A DNA stretch of 64,000 nucleotides, taken from positions 32,001-96,000 of the forward strand of contig CAWKDB010000002.1 of the NCBI GenBank assembly GCA_963848295.1, given 5' to 3'. Position numbers and translations under genes: made by a program. Of the stretch, positions 23,789-33,763 are shown piece after piece. Source of the stretch: an uncultured delta proteobacterium (GTDB lineage Bacteria > Myxococcota_A > Polyangia > Haliangiales > Haliangiaceae). The first letter of the stretch is position 1; every line of letters begins with the position of its first letter. The notes beneath the pieces were generated by a model that was not told where the DNA came from, made no database searches, and was given only the letters and a program-made list of their open reading frames with translations.

Positions 23789-25707
23789 AGCGATCACTGA
23801 CATGCCTGTTCGCGCTCGGCGCCTGTGCGGGCACGACCGCGCCCGATCCCGGGCTCGAGGGACTCGCGCTCACGCAGGTCGCACCGCAGACCGTGATCCC
23901 GGGCTCGACGCTCGAGCTGACCGGTAACTCGTTCGTCGCCTCGCAGTGGGGCAGCGCGACGCTTCACCTCGTCGGCCAAGGCAACGCCGGTCCGATCGAC
24001 GTCACGTGGCCAGCGACGTTCTCGAGCTTCACCGCGATGACCGTCGCGATCGATGCGACCTCGCTCGCCGCGGTCGGCGACACCGACTTCCACGGCACCG
24101 CCGAGGTCGACTTCATCTCGACCACCGACGGCAAGACATACTCGAGCGCGCCGCTGACGACCGCGTTGTCGTTTCGCACCCAGCTGACGCCGGCGCCGAC
24201 GATGATCGCGACCGGCGTGATCTTCGTCAACGACCAGATCGAGATCGACGGCGACGGGTTCCTGCTCGGCGGCGGCGAAGGTAGCTCCTACGCGCGGGTC
24301 AACGGCTGCTTTCAGCCCGACGCCGGTGGCGAATGCGCCGCGATCGCGCAACAGGACATCGCGATGGTGCCGATGGATCCGCTGTCGCGCACGAAGGCGG
24401 CGTTCCCGTTCGCGCCCGAGATCGTCGGCATCGAGCCTGGCACGTTCACCGGCACCGTCCAGGTCATCAACAAGCAGATGATCGGCGCCGAGGTCGATGC
24501 GTCGCCGCTCACCGCGGGCTACACGCTCGTGACCTCGCAGGTGTTCTCCGCGGATCCGCCCGCCGCGAGCCTCGGCCAATACGTGTTCGTCCACGGCGGC
24601 GGCTTCGTCGGCGGCGAGACCGGTGCGCTGACCCAGCTCGAGCTCCAGGGCACGTTCGCGAAGACCGGCGGCCAGTCCGGCCCGGTCGACATGACGCTGA
24701 TCCCGGAGTTCGTCGAAGGCCGGCTCGTTCGCTACATCATCAACACCGACGACGCGCTCGGCCAGGCGCTCGACTTGCGTCACGACACGGGCAGCTTCAC
24801 CGGCACGATCACGCCGATCGTGTCCTTCGGCAGCGACACCGTGCGCGGCGTGTCGACCCAGATCTCGTTCGCGCTCGCGCCGGTGCGCCAGGTCGTCTAT
24901 CTCGACTACGAGCCGACCTACACCGAGGAGCTGCGCGACTACGGCCTGCGCGCGGTCGATGCGCAGATCCGCGCGACGATCCTCTCGGTGTGCCAGGCGG
25001 CGTACGCCGGCGTCAACATCGACTTCCGCACCGATCCACCGACCGACTTCGCGCTGTTCTCGAACGTCGACATCGTCGGCGTCGATCCGAACGACATGGG
25101 CCTGTTCGGCTACGACAACTCGCCCGGCAAGGACAGCGGCAACCTGCGGCTGTACGACGAGCTCGGCGGCGTCAACGCGACGACCCAGCAGGACGGTTTT
25201 CCCGGCTTCGGCGGCGTGTTCGTGCGGTCGTTCATGGCGTTCTCGGAGCACCCCGGCGAGTTCGCGACGTCGGCCGACGAAGCCGATCCGACGTTCGACC
25301 AGATCTTCGATCCGTTCCGGTCCGATCAAGGCGGCGATGCGATCACCTCGGAAGATCTGACGAGCGCGCCGGCGATGTTGACCGACGGTTCGAGCTGCCC
25401 CGGCTCCTCGCGCCACGATCAGGTGGCCTGCGCGATCTACGTGCTCGGCAACCTCGTCGGCGACACGCTGGCGCACGAGATCGGGCACTCGCTCGGCCTC
25501 GCGAACCCGTACCAGGACGGCTTCCACGACAGCGGCGACTTGCCGAATCGCTTGATGGATGCCGGCGGCGATCGCCCGTTCCTCGAGCGCGCGACGTTAG
25601 CCGGCCAGGGCCCGGGCGTGTTCTGCACCGACGAGTACTCGTACCTGCAGGGCATCTTGCCGTCGACGATGCCGGCACCGAACGTCCAGCGCCCGACGTG
25701 CAACTAG
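23785..25707 (+). CDS. Secreted lipoprotein with C-terminal zinc metallopeptidase (metzincin-like) domain
   Basis: Lipobox-like LGAC; AHEIGHSLGL zinc motif and downstream LMD possible Met-turn; ATGA coupling to upstream gene. Confidence 0.7.
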   Translation: MKRSLTCLFALGACAGTTAPDPGLEGLALTQVAPQTVIPGSTLELTGNSFVASQWGSATLHLVGQGNAGPIDVTWPATFSSFTAMTVAIDATSLAAVGDTDFHGTAEVDFISTTDGKTYSSAPLTTALSFRTQLTPAPTMIATGVIFVNDQIEIDGDGFLLGGGEGSSYARVNGCFQPDAGGECAAIAQQDIAMVPMDPLSRTKAAFPFAPEIVGIEPGTFTGTVQVINKQMIGAEVDASPLTAGYTLVTSQVFSADPPAASLGQYVFVHGGGFVGGETGALTQLELQGTFAKTGGQSGPVDMTLIPEFVEGRLVRYIINTDDALGQALDLRHDTGSFTGTITPIVSFGSDTVRGVSTQISFALAPVRQVVYLDYEPTYTEELRDYGLRAVDAQIRATILSVCQAAYAGVNIDFRTDPPTDFALFSNVDIVGVDPNDMGLFGYDNSPGKDSGNLRLYDELGGVNATTQQDGFPGFGGVFVRSFMAFSEHPGEFATSADEADPTFDQIFDPFRSDQGGDAITSEDLTSAPAMLTDGSSCPGSSRHDQVACAIYVLGNLVGDTLAHEIGHSLGLANPYQDGFHDSGDLPNRLMDAGGDRPFLERATLAGQGPGVFCTDEYSYLQGILPSTMPAPNVQRPTCN

Positions 25708-25714
25708 CGCGCGA

Positions 25715-25921
25715 TTATCGGTAGTACGAGGGCACGTTGCCGACGGTAACGACGGGCGCGCTACCGACGCAGTGACCCACGGTCTGCAGGGCGACGTGCG
25801 GGTGACGCCGCGCGGTCTTCGGCGTCATCAAGATGAACGCGACGATCGCGGCGCTGAGTGCGGCGGCAGCCCATGCGATGCGGCCGCGGGGTTGGACAGT
25901 GTCAGCCAGGAGCGTGCCCAT
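25715..25921 (-). CDS. Small single-TM hypothetical protein
   Basis: GGAGG SD before ATG; 68 aa with hydrophobic stretch IAWAAAALSAAIVAFILM. Confidence 0.4.
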   Translation of the reverse strand: MGTLLADTVQPRGRIAWAAAALSAAIVAFILMTPKTARRHPHVALQTVGHCVGSAPVVTVGNVPSYYR

Positions 25922-25963
25922 GCCTCCACGATAGCAGCAGCGGTCGAGTATGCTCGCGAAAAG

Positions 25964-26410
25964 ATGGCTGGCCGCGTCACCCCGACCTCGCCGCAGCGCG
26001 ACATCCGGCGGTGGATCTACGGCGGGCTGGACGTGGTGTTCGCGATCGCCTACATCGTGACGATCTGGAAGGCGATCCCGAATCGCTTGCTGTCCGCGCA
26101 GATCCACCTGTGGATCTTGCCGATCTCGACCGCGGTGATGGCGGGAGGCACGCTCGCCGGGGGCCGGCGCGGCTGGCAGATCGCGCTCGGCGGCGGGTCG
26201 CTGCTCGTGCTCGCCACGATCGCGCTGATCGTCCGGATGCTCGCCTCGGCGGCGTTTCTGGCCGGGACCTACGGCGCGTTCGGCGGGGCCGCAGCGGCCT
26301 CCGCCCTCGTCGGCGTCGCGCTCGTCGTCGAGCTGGTCGGCTTACTCCCGATCGTGCAGGTGAAGTACCTGATGTCACGCGCCGGGCGCCGCGCGTACGG
26401 CGTCGGATGA
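25964..26410 (+). CDS. Four-TM membrane protein
   Basis: Hydrophobic 148 aa ORF, translationally coupled to the next gene. Confidence 0.65.
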   Translation: MAGRVTPTSPQRDIRRWIYGGLDVVFAIAYIVTIWKAIPNRLLSAQIHLWILPISTAVMAGGTLAGGRRGWQIALGGGSLLVLATIALIVRMLASAAFLAGTYGAFGGAAAASALVGVALVVELVGLLPIVQVKYLMSRAGRRAYGVG

Positions 26411-28302
26411 AGCGGCGGACCCGCGCGCTGATCGCGGTGTGGACGTTGCCGAGCCTGATCTTTCTCGCCGCGACCGCGTACGGCTACTTCCCGTTTCGCA
26501 TTCCGCCGCCGGATCGGCTCGACGCCGCCGACCGCGCCGCCGTGATCGCGCCGTTGCGCGCGGCGCTGACCGGAGTCGATCCGCCGCGGTGCAGCGTGCA
26601 CCGGCCGCTCGCCGGGCCACTCGCGGTGACGGTGTGGCTCGATGGCCATCAGCTCGCGCGGGTCGACGGTAGCGGCGCAGACATCGCCGCAGCGACCGAC
26701 CATGCCGCCGCGGTGCTGCGCGGCGTGCCCGCGGTCCGTCGGCAACACCCCGCCGAGCTCGAGCGCGCGCGCATCCAGGTCGACCTCATCGGCGGCCGCG
26801 GTGCGATGCCGAGCGACGGCGGGCTGTTCTCCGCGCTGACGTTGCCCGTCGTCACCGACATGCTCGCGATCAACCCCGGGATCGATGGGATCGGCGCCGA
26901 ACGGGCAGGGCGCCAGGCGTTCGTGCTGCCGCACGAGGTGATCGGCGCGAAGGTCCTGTCTGCGGTGCGGCCGTCGGATGCGGTCGCCGACTTCGCGATC
27001 GGGCTCGATCGCGGCCGGCTCGACCGGCTGGTCGCGAGTCGCCTCGACGGCGCGCCGCCCGGCGCGACCCACTGGTTTCGGTTTCGCAGCGATGCGTTCG
27101 TCGAGCCGCCGCCCAGTGCGAGCGATCGCGCCCCGCTGCCGCTGACGCGCGGCAATCCGCCGCCGCCTCCGCTGTCCGCCGGCGCGCTGCGCGAGGCCGC
27201 GCTCGCCGGTGGCCGGTACCTCGTCGCGCACCAGCTCGCGAATGGCCGCTACGTCTATCAGCACGATCTCGCGAACGGCGTGCGCACCGATCAGAAGACC
27301 GGCCCGTACTCGATGCCGCGCCACGCCGGCACCACGTACTTTCTCGCGCAGCTCTACCGCGTCACGAAACAAGAGTGGCTGCGCGAGCCGATCGAGCGCG
27401 CGTTCGCGTACCTGGTCGAGCTGCTCGCCGCCGGACACTGCGGAGGCACGCTGCCGGACGGCACCGAGTTCGAGTGCGTGCTCGATCGCAACGACACCCA
27501 CGAGAAGGCGCACCTCGGCTCGACCGCGCTGACGATCGTCGCGCTCGTCGAATACCAGCGGGCGACCGGCGATGTCCGGTACCTTCAGCTCGCCACCAAG
27601 CTCGCCGCGTTCGTGTTGTACATGCAGCGGCCGGACGGCTCGTTCCGCCACATCTTCAACGCCGATACTCGCGAGCCCGACGAGCACGAGCAGCTGCTCT
27701 ATTACTCGGGCGAGGCCGCGCTCGCGCTCGCCCGGATGTACGAGGTCACGAAGGATCCGCGCTATGCCCGCGCTGCCGAGGCCGCGCTCGACTGGCTCGT
27801 CGACTGGTACGACTTCTTCATGGGCGGGTTCTTCTACATGGAGCAGCACTGGACCTGCATCGCGGCCGAGGCGATCTGGCCGGCGGTCAAGTCCGACAAG
27901 TACCGCGAGTTCTGCGACGGCCTCGGCGCCTTCCTGCGAGGCCAGCAACCCGACGCCTCCGACCTCGGCGACGAAGCCGACCTCGCCGGTGCCTACATGA
28001 TCACGCCGTTCGTCGCGCCGTACAACACGCCGACCGGGTCGTCGACCGAGGCGATGATCTCGGCGTACCTGCTCGACCTCGATCACGGCCGACCGGATCC
28101 CGAGATCCGCGCCCAGATCGATCGCGCGATGCAGTACGCCCTCGGCCAACAGGTCCGCCCGGACAATGACTTCTCGGCGCTCGGTGCCGGCGACGGCGGT
28201 GTCCCGGAGAGCCCGGTGAACCGGATGGTCCAGATCGACTATGTCCAGCACGTGTGCTCGGCGATGCTCCGGGCGTCCGAGCTACCCGGCCGCTCGTTGT
28301 AA
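26407..28302 (+). CDS. Membrane-anchored protein with C-terminal alpha/alpha-toroid (glycosidase/prenyltransferase-like) domain
   Basis: N-terminal TM; YSMPRHAGT, MQRPDGSF, YYSGEAALALAR, QIDYVQH motifs. Confidence 0.6.
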   Translation: MKRRTRALIAVWTLPSLIFLAATAYGYFPFRIPPPDRLDAADRAAVIAPLRAALTGVDPPRCSVHRPLAGPLAVTVWLDGHQLARVDGSGADIAAATDHAAAVLRGVPAVRRQHPAELERARIQVDLIGGRGAMPSDGGLFSALTLPVVTDMLAINPGIDGIGAERAGRQAFVLPHEVIGAKVLSAVRPSDAVADFAIGLDRGRLDRLVASRLDGAPPGATHWFRFRSDAFVEPPPSASDRAPLPLTRGNPPPPPLSAGALREAALAGGRYLVAHQLANGRYVYQHDLANGVRTDQKTGPYSMPRHAGTTYFLAQLYRVTKQEWLREPIERAFAYLVELLAAGHCGGTLPDGTEFECVLDRNDTHEKAHLGSTALTIVALVEYQRATGDVRYLQLATKLAAFVLYMQRPDGSFRHIFNADTREPDEHEQLLYYSGEAALALARMYEVTKDPRYARAAEAALDWLVDWYDFFMGGFFYMEQHWTCIAAEAIWPAVKSDKYREFCDGLGAFLRGQQPDASDLGDEADLAGAYMITPFVAPYNTPTGSSTEAMISAYLLDLDHGRPDPEIRAQIDRAMQYALGQQVRPDNDFSALGAGDGGVPESPVNRMVQIDYVQHVCSAMLRASELPGRSL

Positions 28303-28357
28303 GGCGTCGAGAGGCCGCGGCTGAACTCCGGCCGATTGTGGTCTACAATGAACGCTC

Positions 28358-30298
28358 GTGGCCGAGGACAAGAAGACCCAGATAGGGCCGCCGGTCGGCC
28401 ATCGCGCGGGTCGTCCCACGGGACCTGAGGCCATGGCCGTCGCGACCACGACGCCAGCGCCGACCGGGACCCCGGCGCCGGTGGTGCCCGCGCCCGTCGC
28501 GTCGGGAACGACCGCGCCCGACCCGTCGCCGCCGGTCCAGCGCTCGACGTCGTACGTGCCACAGACCGAGGATCCGCTGATCGGCAAGACGCTCGCCGAG
28601 CGCTACATCATTCGCCGCAAGCTCGGTGAAGGCGGCATGGGCGCGGTGTACCTCGCGACCCACTTGCTGCTCGAGAAGCAGGTCGCGCTCAAGATCTTGC
28701 ATGGCGAATTCGCGCGCAAGCCGGATCTCGTCACCCGCTTCATGCAGGAAGCGAAAGCGGCGTCGCGGATTCGCCACGAGAACGTGATCGACATCAGCGA
28801 TTTCGGCTCGACTCCCGACGGGCTCGTGTTCTTCGCGATGGAGCTACTCGACGGCCATGACCTGCACGAGCTCGTCGCCCGCGCCCGGCTCGAGGGCTCG
28901 CTGTTGCCGTGGTCGCGCTCGAAGCGGATCTTCCTGCAGATCTGCGGCGCGCTCACCGCGGCGCACGCGCAAGGCATCGTGCACCGCGATCTCAAGCCGG
29001 AGAACATCTACCTCGTCGACTTTCTCGGCGATCCGGACTTCGTCAAGTTGCTCGACTTCGGCATCGCGAAGCTGACCGAGGCCGCGGACGCCGGCGAGCG
29101 CAAGCTCACGCGCACCGGCATGTTGTTCGGCACGCCCGAGTACATGTCACCCGAACAAGCGCGTGGCGAGAACGTCGATCACCGCGTCGACATCTACGCG
29201 ATGGGCTGCATCCTCCATCAGCTCGTCACCGGTCGCGTCCCGTTCGAGGCCGACAACTTCATGGGCGTGCTCAGCCTGCACCTGACCGAGGCGCCGAAGC
29301 GCGTGCCCGACGACGTCCTCGACCGCATCGAGGCACCGCGCGCCCTCGCCGACGTGATCGACCGCGCCCTCGCGAAGGATCGCAACGTCCGCTATCAGAC
29401 GATCGAGGAGCTCGCGAACGCGGTGCGTACGGCATCCGGCGACCCGCTGCCGGTGGCGCGCTCCGGACGCGCGGCCAGCGTACCCGGGGGCACCACACCA
29501 GCGCCGCGATCACCGAGCTCGCCCGGTGCGGCCGCGTCCGGGACGCCGGTGCCGGTCGCGCCCGAGCCGACCAATCGCACGCGGACCGCGTGGACCGGCA
29601 ACCTGAGCATTCCGGAGGAGGCCGCGCCGCAGGCCCGGGGCAAGTCCAAGGCGCCGCTCGCGCTCGCCGCGCTGGTCGTGGTCGCCGGCGCCGCGGTCGC
29701 GATCGTGATGGCGACCCGCGGCGGTGGGAGCTCGGCGGCGACCCCGGGCTCGGCGAGCACCGCGCCGATCGCGCAGGTGCCGACGTTCGCCGACGCCGCG
29801 ATCGCTCCGCCGCCGCCGCCCCCCGAGCCGAAGCTGCCCGAGACCGTCGCGATCAACCTCGACTCGCTGCCGCAGGGGGCGACGGTCGTCGAGCTCGCGA
29901 CCGGCAAGCCGGTGGGCAAGACCCCGCTGACGCTTCACGTCCCGGGCAGCCACACCGCGCGGCAGTACATGTTCCAGCTCCGCGGTCACGGCGATCAGCC
30001 ACTCGAGCTCGTGCCCGATCACGGCCCGATCGACTTCACGATGCCGATGAAGAAGGGCGCCGGCTCCGGGCCCCCGCTGCACGTCCCCGGGACGATCGCG
30101 AAGCATCAGGAGCCCGGCCCCGGCCCCGGATCGGCGGCGGTGACGACCGTCCCGGTCACGCACCCCGACGGCGCCGATTCGGATGCCTCCAAGCCCGAGA
30201 CCAAGCCAGCGACCAAGCCCGACGCGAAGAAGCCCGACCACGACTGCTCGGACGACGATCCGCCGTGCCTCAAGCAATTCCCCGGCAGTAATCCGTGA
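28358..30298 (+). CDS. Membrane Ser/Thr protein kinase with PEGA-like extracellular domain
   Basis: LGEGGMGAVY, VALK, HRDLKPEN, DFGIAK, GTPEYMSPEQ; TM helix; DSLPQGATV..GKTPL. Confidence 0.92.
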   Translation: MAEDKKTQIGPPVGHRAGRPTGPEAMAVATTTPAPTGTPAPVVPAPVASGTTAPDPSPPVQRSTSYVPQTEDPLIGKTLAERYIIRRKLGEGGMGAVYLATHLLLEKQVALKILHGEFARKPDLVTRFMQEAKAASRIRHENVIDISDFGSTPDGLVFFAMELLDGHDLHELVARARLEGSLLPWSRSKRIFLQICGALTAAHAQGIVHRDLKPENIYLVDFLGDPDFVKLLDFGIAKLTEAADAGERKLTRTGMLFGTPEYMSPEQARGENVDHRVDIYAMGCILHQLVTGRVPFEADNFMGVLSLHLTEAPKRVPDDVLDRIEAPRALADVIDRALAKDRNVRYQTIEELANAVRTASGDPLPVARSGRAASVPGGTTPAPRSPSSPGAAASGTPVPVAPEPTNRTRTAWTGNLSIPEEAAPQARGKSKAPLALAALVVVAGAAVAIVMATRGGGSSAATPGSASTAPIAQVPTFADAAIAPPPPPPEPKLPETVAINLDSLPQGATVVELATGKPVGKTPLTLHVPGSHTARQYMFQLRGHGDQPLELVPDHGPIDFTMPMKKGAGSGPPLHVPGTIAKHQEPGPGPGSAAVTTVPVTHPDGADSDASKPETKPATKPDAKKPDHDCSDDDPPCLKQFPGSNP

Positions 30299-31188
30299 TG
30301 CGCACGGGACGCGCGCGCGTCGGCGAGGTCGAGCTCGCGTACGACCTGTTCGGCACGAGTGGCCGCCCGCTCGTGTTGGTCATGGGCATCGCGACGCAAC
30401 GGATCTTCTGGGACGACAGGTTCTGCGAGCGGTTCGTCGCCGCCGGGTTCCACGTCGTCCGGTTCGATCATCGCGATACCGGCGAGTCGACCCGGATGTC
30501 GGGGCGCGCGCCGTCGCCGGTATCGAGCCTCGTTCGCCGCCTGCTCAATCAAAAGGTCGCGGCGCCGTACTCGCTCAGCGATCTCGCGAACGATGTCGCC
30601 GGCCTGATCGACGCGCTCGGCTGGCGCGACGCCCACATTTTCGGCAGCTCGCTCGGCGCGATGGTCGGCCAGCATCTCGCGTTCGAGCAACCCCATCGGG
30701 TGCGCTCGCTGACGTCGGCGCTGTCGACGCCGGGCTCGCGGCGCTACTTGCCGGAGCCGCGTGCGCTCGCCGCGTTGTTCCAGCCGAATCCGCGCACCCC
30801 GGAAGAGGCAGGGCAGGCGCTCGAACGTGCGTTCTCGGTGCTCGGCAGCCCGGTGTGGCCTCCGAACAACGAACGCCTGCGCCGGGTCGGTGCGCAGATG
30901 TTCGAACGCGGCTCGAACCCCGACGGCATGTTGCGCCAGTTCACCGCGGTACTCGCATCCGGCGATCGCACGCCGCGGCTCGGCGAGGTGCGCGCGCCGA
31001 CGCTCGTGATCCACGGCTCGGCGGATCCGATGTTCTCGCTCTCGGCCGGTCGCGCGGTCGCGCGGCTGATTCCCAATGCAACGTGGCTGCCGATCGCCGG
31101 GATGGCGCACGACATGCCCGAGCCGTTGTGGCCGATGATGGTCGCCGCGATCGCGCGTCACGCCGAGCGCGCCGACCGGGCTGCGTAA
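30295..31188 (+). CDS. Alpha/beta hydrolase
   Basis: RFDHRDTG, GSSLG nucleophile elbow, IHGSADP, GMAHD. Confidence 0.9.
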   Translation: MMRTGRARVGEVELAYDLFGTSGRPLVLVMGIATQRIFWDDRFCERFVAAGFHVVRFDHRDTGESTRMSGRAPSPVSSLVRRLLNQKVAAPYSLSDLANDVAGLIDALGWRDAHIFGSSLGAMVGQHLAFEQPHRVRSLTSALSTPGSRRYLPEPRALAALFQPNPRTPEEAGQALERAFSVLGSPVWPPNNERLRRVGAQMFERGSNPDGMLRQFTAVLASGDRTPRLGEVRAPTLVIHGSADPMFSLSAGRAVARLIPNATWLPIAGMAHDMPEPLWPMMVAAIARHAERADRAA

Positions 31189-31202
31189 CCCGGGCCCTCG
31201 GC

Positions 31203-31580
31203 CTACCGCAGCTCGCGCTCGAGCGGCACCGTCACCGTCGCGCCTTCTTCGACATGAACGTGGCGCACGACGTGGCGCGGGCCGCCGCGCGAATCGAGAT
31301 CGATCCGAAGCTCGCCGTCGCTGCCCGGCAGCAGCGCTTCGAATTGCCATCGTCCTGGCAGGCTGCCCTCGCCGTTGTGGTGGAACGTCGAGACCTCGTC
31401 GTCGCCGACCCACAGCTCGGCATCGACCGACCGCACCTGGTCGACCGCGCGGCCGAAGTCGAGCACGATCGTCGCGTGCGAGTGCTCGCCCTTGTTGCAG
31501 CTATCGCGCGCGAGCAGGACGATCGCGACGCCTAACGCGACCGGCGCGACGTACTTGCGGAACACTTCGCGGCGCGACAC
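31203..31580 (-). CDS. Hypothetical single-TM protein
   Basis: 125 aa ORF with N-terminal hydrophobic segment and host-like codon usage. Confidence 0.55.
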   Translation of the reverse strand: MSRREVFRKYVAPVALGVAIVLLARDSCNKGEHSHATIVLDFGRAVDQVRSVDAELWVGDDEVSTFHHNGEGSLPGRWQFEALLPGSDGELRIDLDSRGGPRHVVRHVHVEEGATVTVPLERELR

Positions 31581-31631
31581 CGGTGCTTACTACCACGCGA
31601 GCCGCCGCCCGTCCGGTACGATATGGGCGCC

Positions 31632-31714
31632 GCGCGGGTGGTGGAATGGTAGACACGGGGGCCTTAAAAGCCCCTGCCCGAAAGGGCATGCGGGTTCGAG
31701 TCCCGCCCCGCGCA
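31632..31714 (+). tRNA. tRNA-Leu (anticodon TAA), long variable arm, CCA not encoded
   Basis: Acceptor GCGCGGG/CCCGCGC, D-arm GTGGAATGGTAGACAC, anticodon arm GGGGC-CTTAAAA-GCCCC, variable arm TGCCCGAAAGGGCA, T-arm GCGGG-TTCGAGT-CCCGC. Confidence 0.95.
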
Positions 31715-31715
31715 C
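31695..31715 (+). repeat. attL core (3' end of tRNA-Leu)
   Basis: Identical to 43706-43726. Confidence 0.9.
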
Positions 31716-31760
31716 GAAGGATGCGAGCGATTCCGTCGACGTAACGGAGTCACCCCGCTC

Positions 31761-31782
31761 TGTTGGCACACCGTTGCCACGG
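31761..31782 (+). promoter_or_regulatory. Putative integrase arm-type sites, left end
   Basis: TGTTGGCACAC-CGTTGCCACGG tandem, matching TGTTGCCACGG x2 at 43544-43565. Confidence 0.6.
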
Positions 31783-33022
31783 AGTCGCGCTTGCCGCGGA
31801 GTCGCATGTCGACCGCGCGCGCTGGCGGCGCGATGACGACGCGAGCTCCGAGCTGAGCGACGACTCGCCGGCTCGGGTCGAGCAGCTCGGCGCCCGCCGT
31901 GAGGACGTCGTCGGGGATCGGCCACGCGTGCGCTTCGGCGTGGTGGCAGTAGCGGAGCGTCATCCCCATGTCGGCGTGCCCGAGCCACGCCTGCAACCGG
32001 AGCGGGTTCACGCCGAGCAGCGCGAGGTGCGTCGCGTACGTGTGCCGAAGGCAGTGCCAGCTCCGCTCGGTCAGGCCGGCGATGCGGCACACGCGGTAGA
32101 TGCCGTGCTTCGACAGCGCCTCGCTCATGGGCTCGCTTGCGTCGTCGGCGACCACGCGGCCGGTGCGGATGCGCGCGAGCTGGCGGAGGTGAGCCGACGA
32201 GCCGCGGAGTCATCGGCACCGTGCGCGGCTTGCCCGACTTCGGGACGCCTTCGACGCCGCGCCGCAGGTGCCGCGCGACCGTGATGGTGCCCGGCGACGA
32301 GGTCGAGGTCGCGCCACTCGAGCGCGAGCATCTCGCCGACGCGGAGCCCGCAGTCGGCCACGAGCAGCACCGCCGTCCCCCAGGGCTCGCCGTGGTGCAG
32401 CGCCGCGCCGACCATGCGGCCGAGCTCGTCGAAGTCGAGCACCTCGATGGGTGGCGGCGGTGGGTTCTTGACCTTGATGCGGGGCGCCCGCTCGATGACG
32501 CCCACGTCCTCCGCGTAGCGCATGGCCGTGCTGAGCGTGGCGAGAATGTTCGCGCGGGTCTTCGCCGACAGCAGGCCGGTGCGCCCGCGCCTCGTCAGGA
32601 GCTCGGCGCGGAGAGCGTTCACGGCGCCGAGGTCGATCTCGTCGAGGCGCAGCGGGCCGAGCGTCGGCTCGAGCCACGACCTCGAATATGTACCGCTTCG
32701 ACTCGAGGGTCGCGACCCGGTTCTCACCCTCGCCGCGACATCGCTCGGTCCAGTAGCGACCGCGGTAGTCCTCGACGGCGCTCGTGACGCCGCCGCGGAA
32801 CCACGCGGAGAGCGTCGGGTGTGTCCGCGCGCGCCAGCGAGCCCGGCGCGTACCTCTCGACCACCGCCTCGGCGAGCGTTCGCTCGACGTGCTCGCGCTC
32901 GGCGACCTCGGCCGCGCGCTTCGTGTTGACGTTCGGCGTGCCCGAGATGCGCAGCTTGCTGCCGTCGGGCAGCTTGACCACCACGCGGTAGCGCCACACG
33001 CCGCGCGCGTCGCGATACGCGC

Positions 33023-33763
33023 TCACTTCGACCCCCTGGCCGCGCGCATCTTCGACGGCGACGACGCTCCGCGCGGCGACTTGCCCGCCGCGAGCGCGCG
33101 CTCGCGCGTCCACAGCGAGTACTCCCCCTCGCGCGATGGCGACACAGCGACCACGCCTGAGGCGGGGTCGGCGAGTAAAGCCATAATTGCGCGGCGAGCG
33201 CCGCGCCAGTCGAGGGACCGTCCGAGGCGCCCGCCTGCCCATGCGGCAAGCCCCTTCCACGTCAGCGGCTTGTCCGCGCTCGACAACACCTCGATGAACG
33301 CTTGCGTCATCACCTTGCGTGCCTCGAGCTCGCGCGCAATCGATTCCCGTGCAGTGCGACGAGCTTTTTGCTGGGCCCGAGACAGAGCCTGGAAGTCGGC
33401 GGCCTCGGGGCATGCCCCTACGAGAACGTGCAGGAGCGCGTGGGTCGTCCCGGGATCGGCATTCTTGAACCCCGTCACCACGTCCTCGTAGTCGCGAAGG
33501 ACCTCCCAGACTCCAAGTGCGCCATCGCGGCGCGTGTAGACGTACTCGCGCTCGTCCACGCCACGAGTGCCGATGCCGAAGTGGACGCCCGCAGGATCGA
33601 ACGTCAGGTCGAGCGCGGTGAGCGCGAGGACAACATCCTCGCTGTGGCTGAGCCACCGATGAAAAGTAATCGGCGCGTCGCTCGCCGCGAGGTACGTCGG
33701 CACGTCGTCGCCTGACATCTCGACGACGGGCTTCCGCTTCGTGGTGGTCTTTTTCTGCGGCAT
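33023..33763 (-). CDS. Hypothetical element protein, coupled to integrase start
   Basis: MPQKKTTTKRKPVVEMSGDD.. 246 aa open frame; TGA overlaps the integrase GTG. Confidence 0.55.
   Translation of the reverse strand: MPQKKTTTKRKPVVEMSGDDVPTYLAASDAPITFHRWLSHSEDVVLALTALDLTFDPAGVHFGIGTRGVDEREYVYTRRDGALGVWEVLRDYEDVVTGFKNADPGTTHALLHVLVGACPEAADFQALSRAQQKARRTARESIARELEARKVMTQAFIEVLSSADKPLTWKGLAAWAGGRLGRSLDWRGARRAIMALLADPASGVVAVSPSREGEYSLWTRERALAAGKSPRGASSPSKMRAARGSK

Larger units (their letters stand above)
31664..33026 (-). pseudogene. int: Tyrosine recombinase/integrase with several frameshifts (decay or assembly error)
   Basis: Fragments give an arm-binding-type N-terminus (GVWRYRV..NTKRAAEVAE), GLRVGEMLALEW, PKS, WHCLRHTYATHL, LGH and Y catalytic residues. 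Confidence 0.88.
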
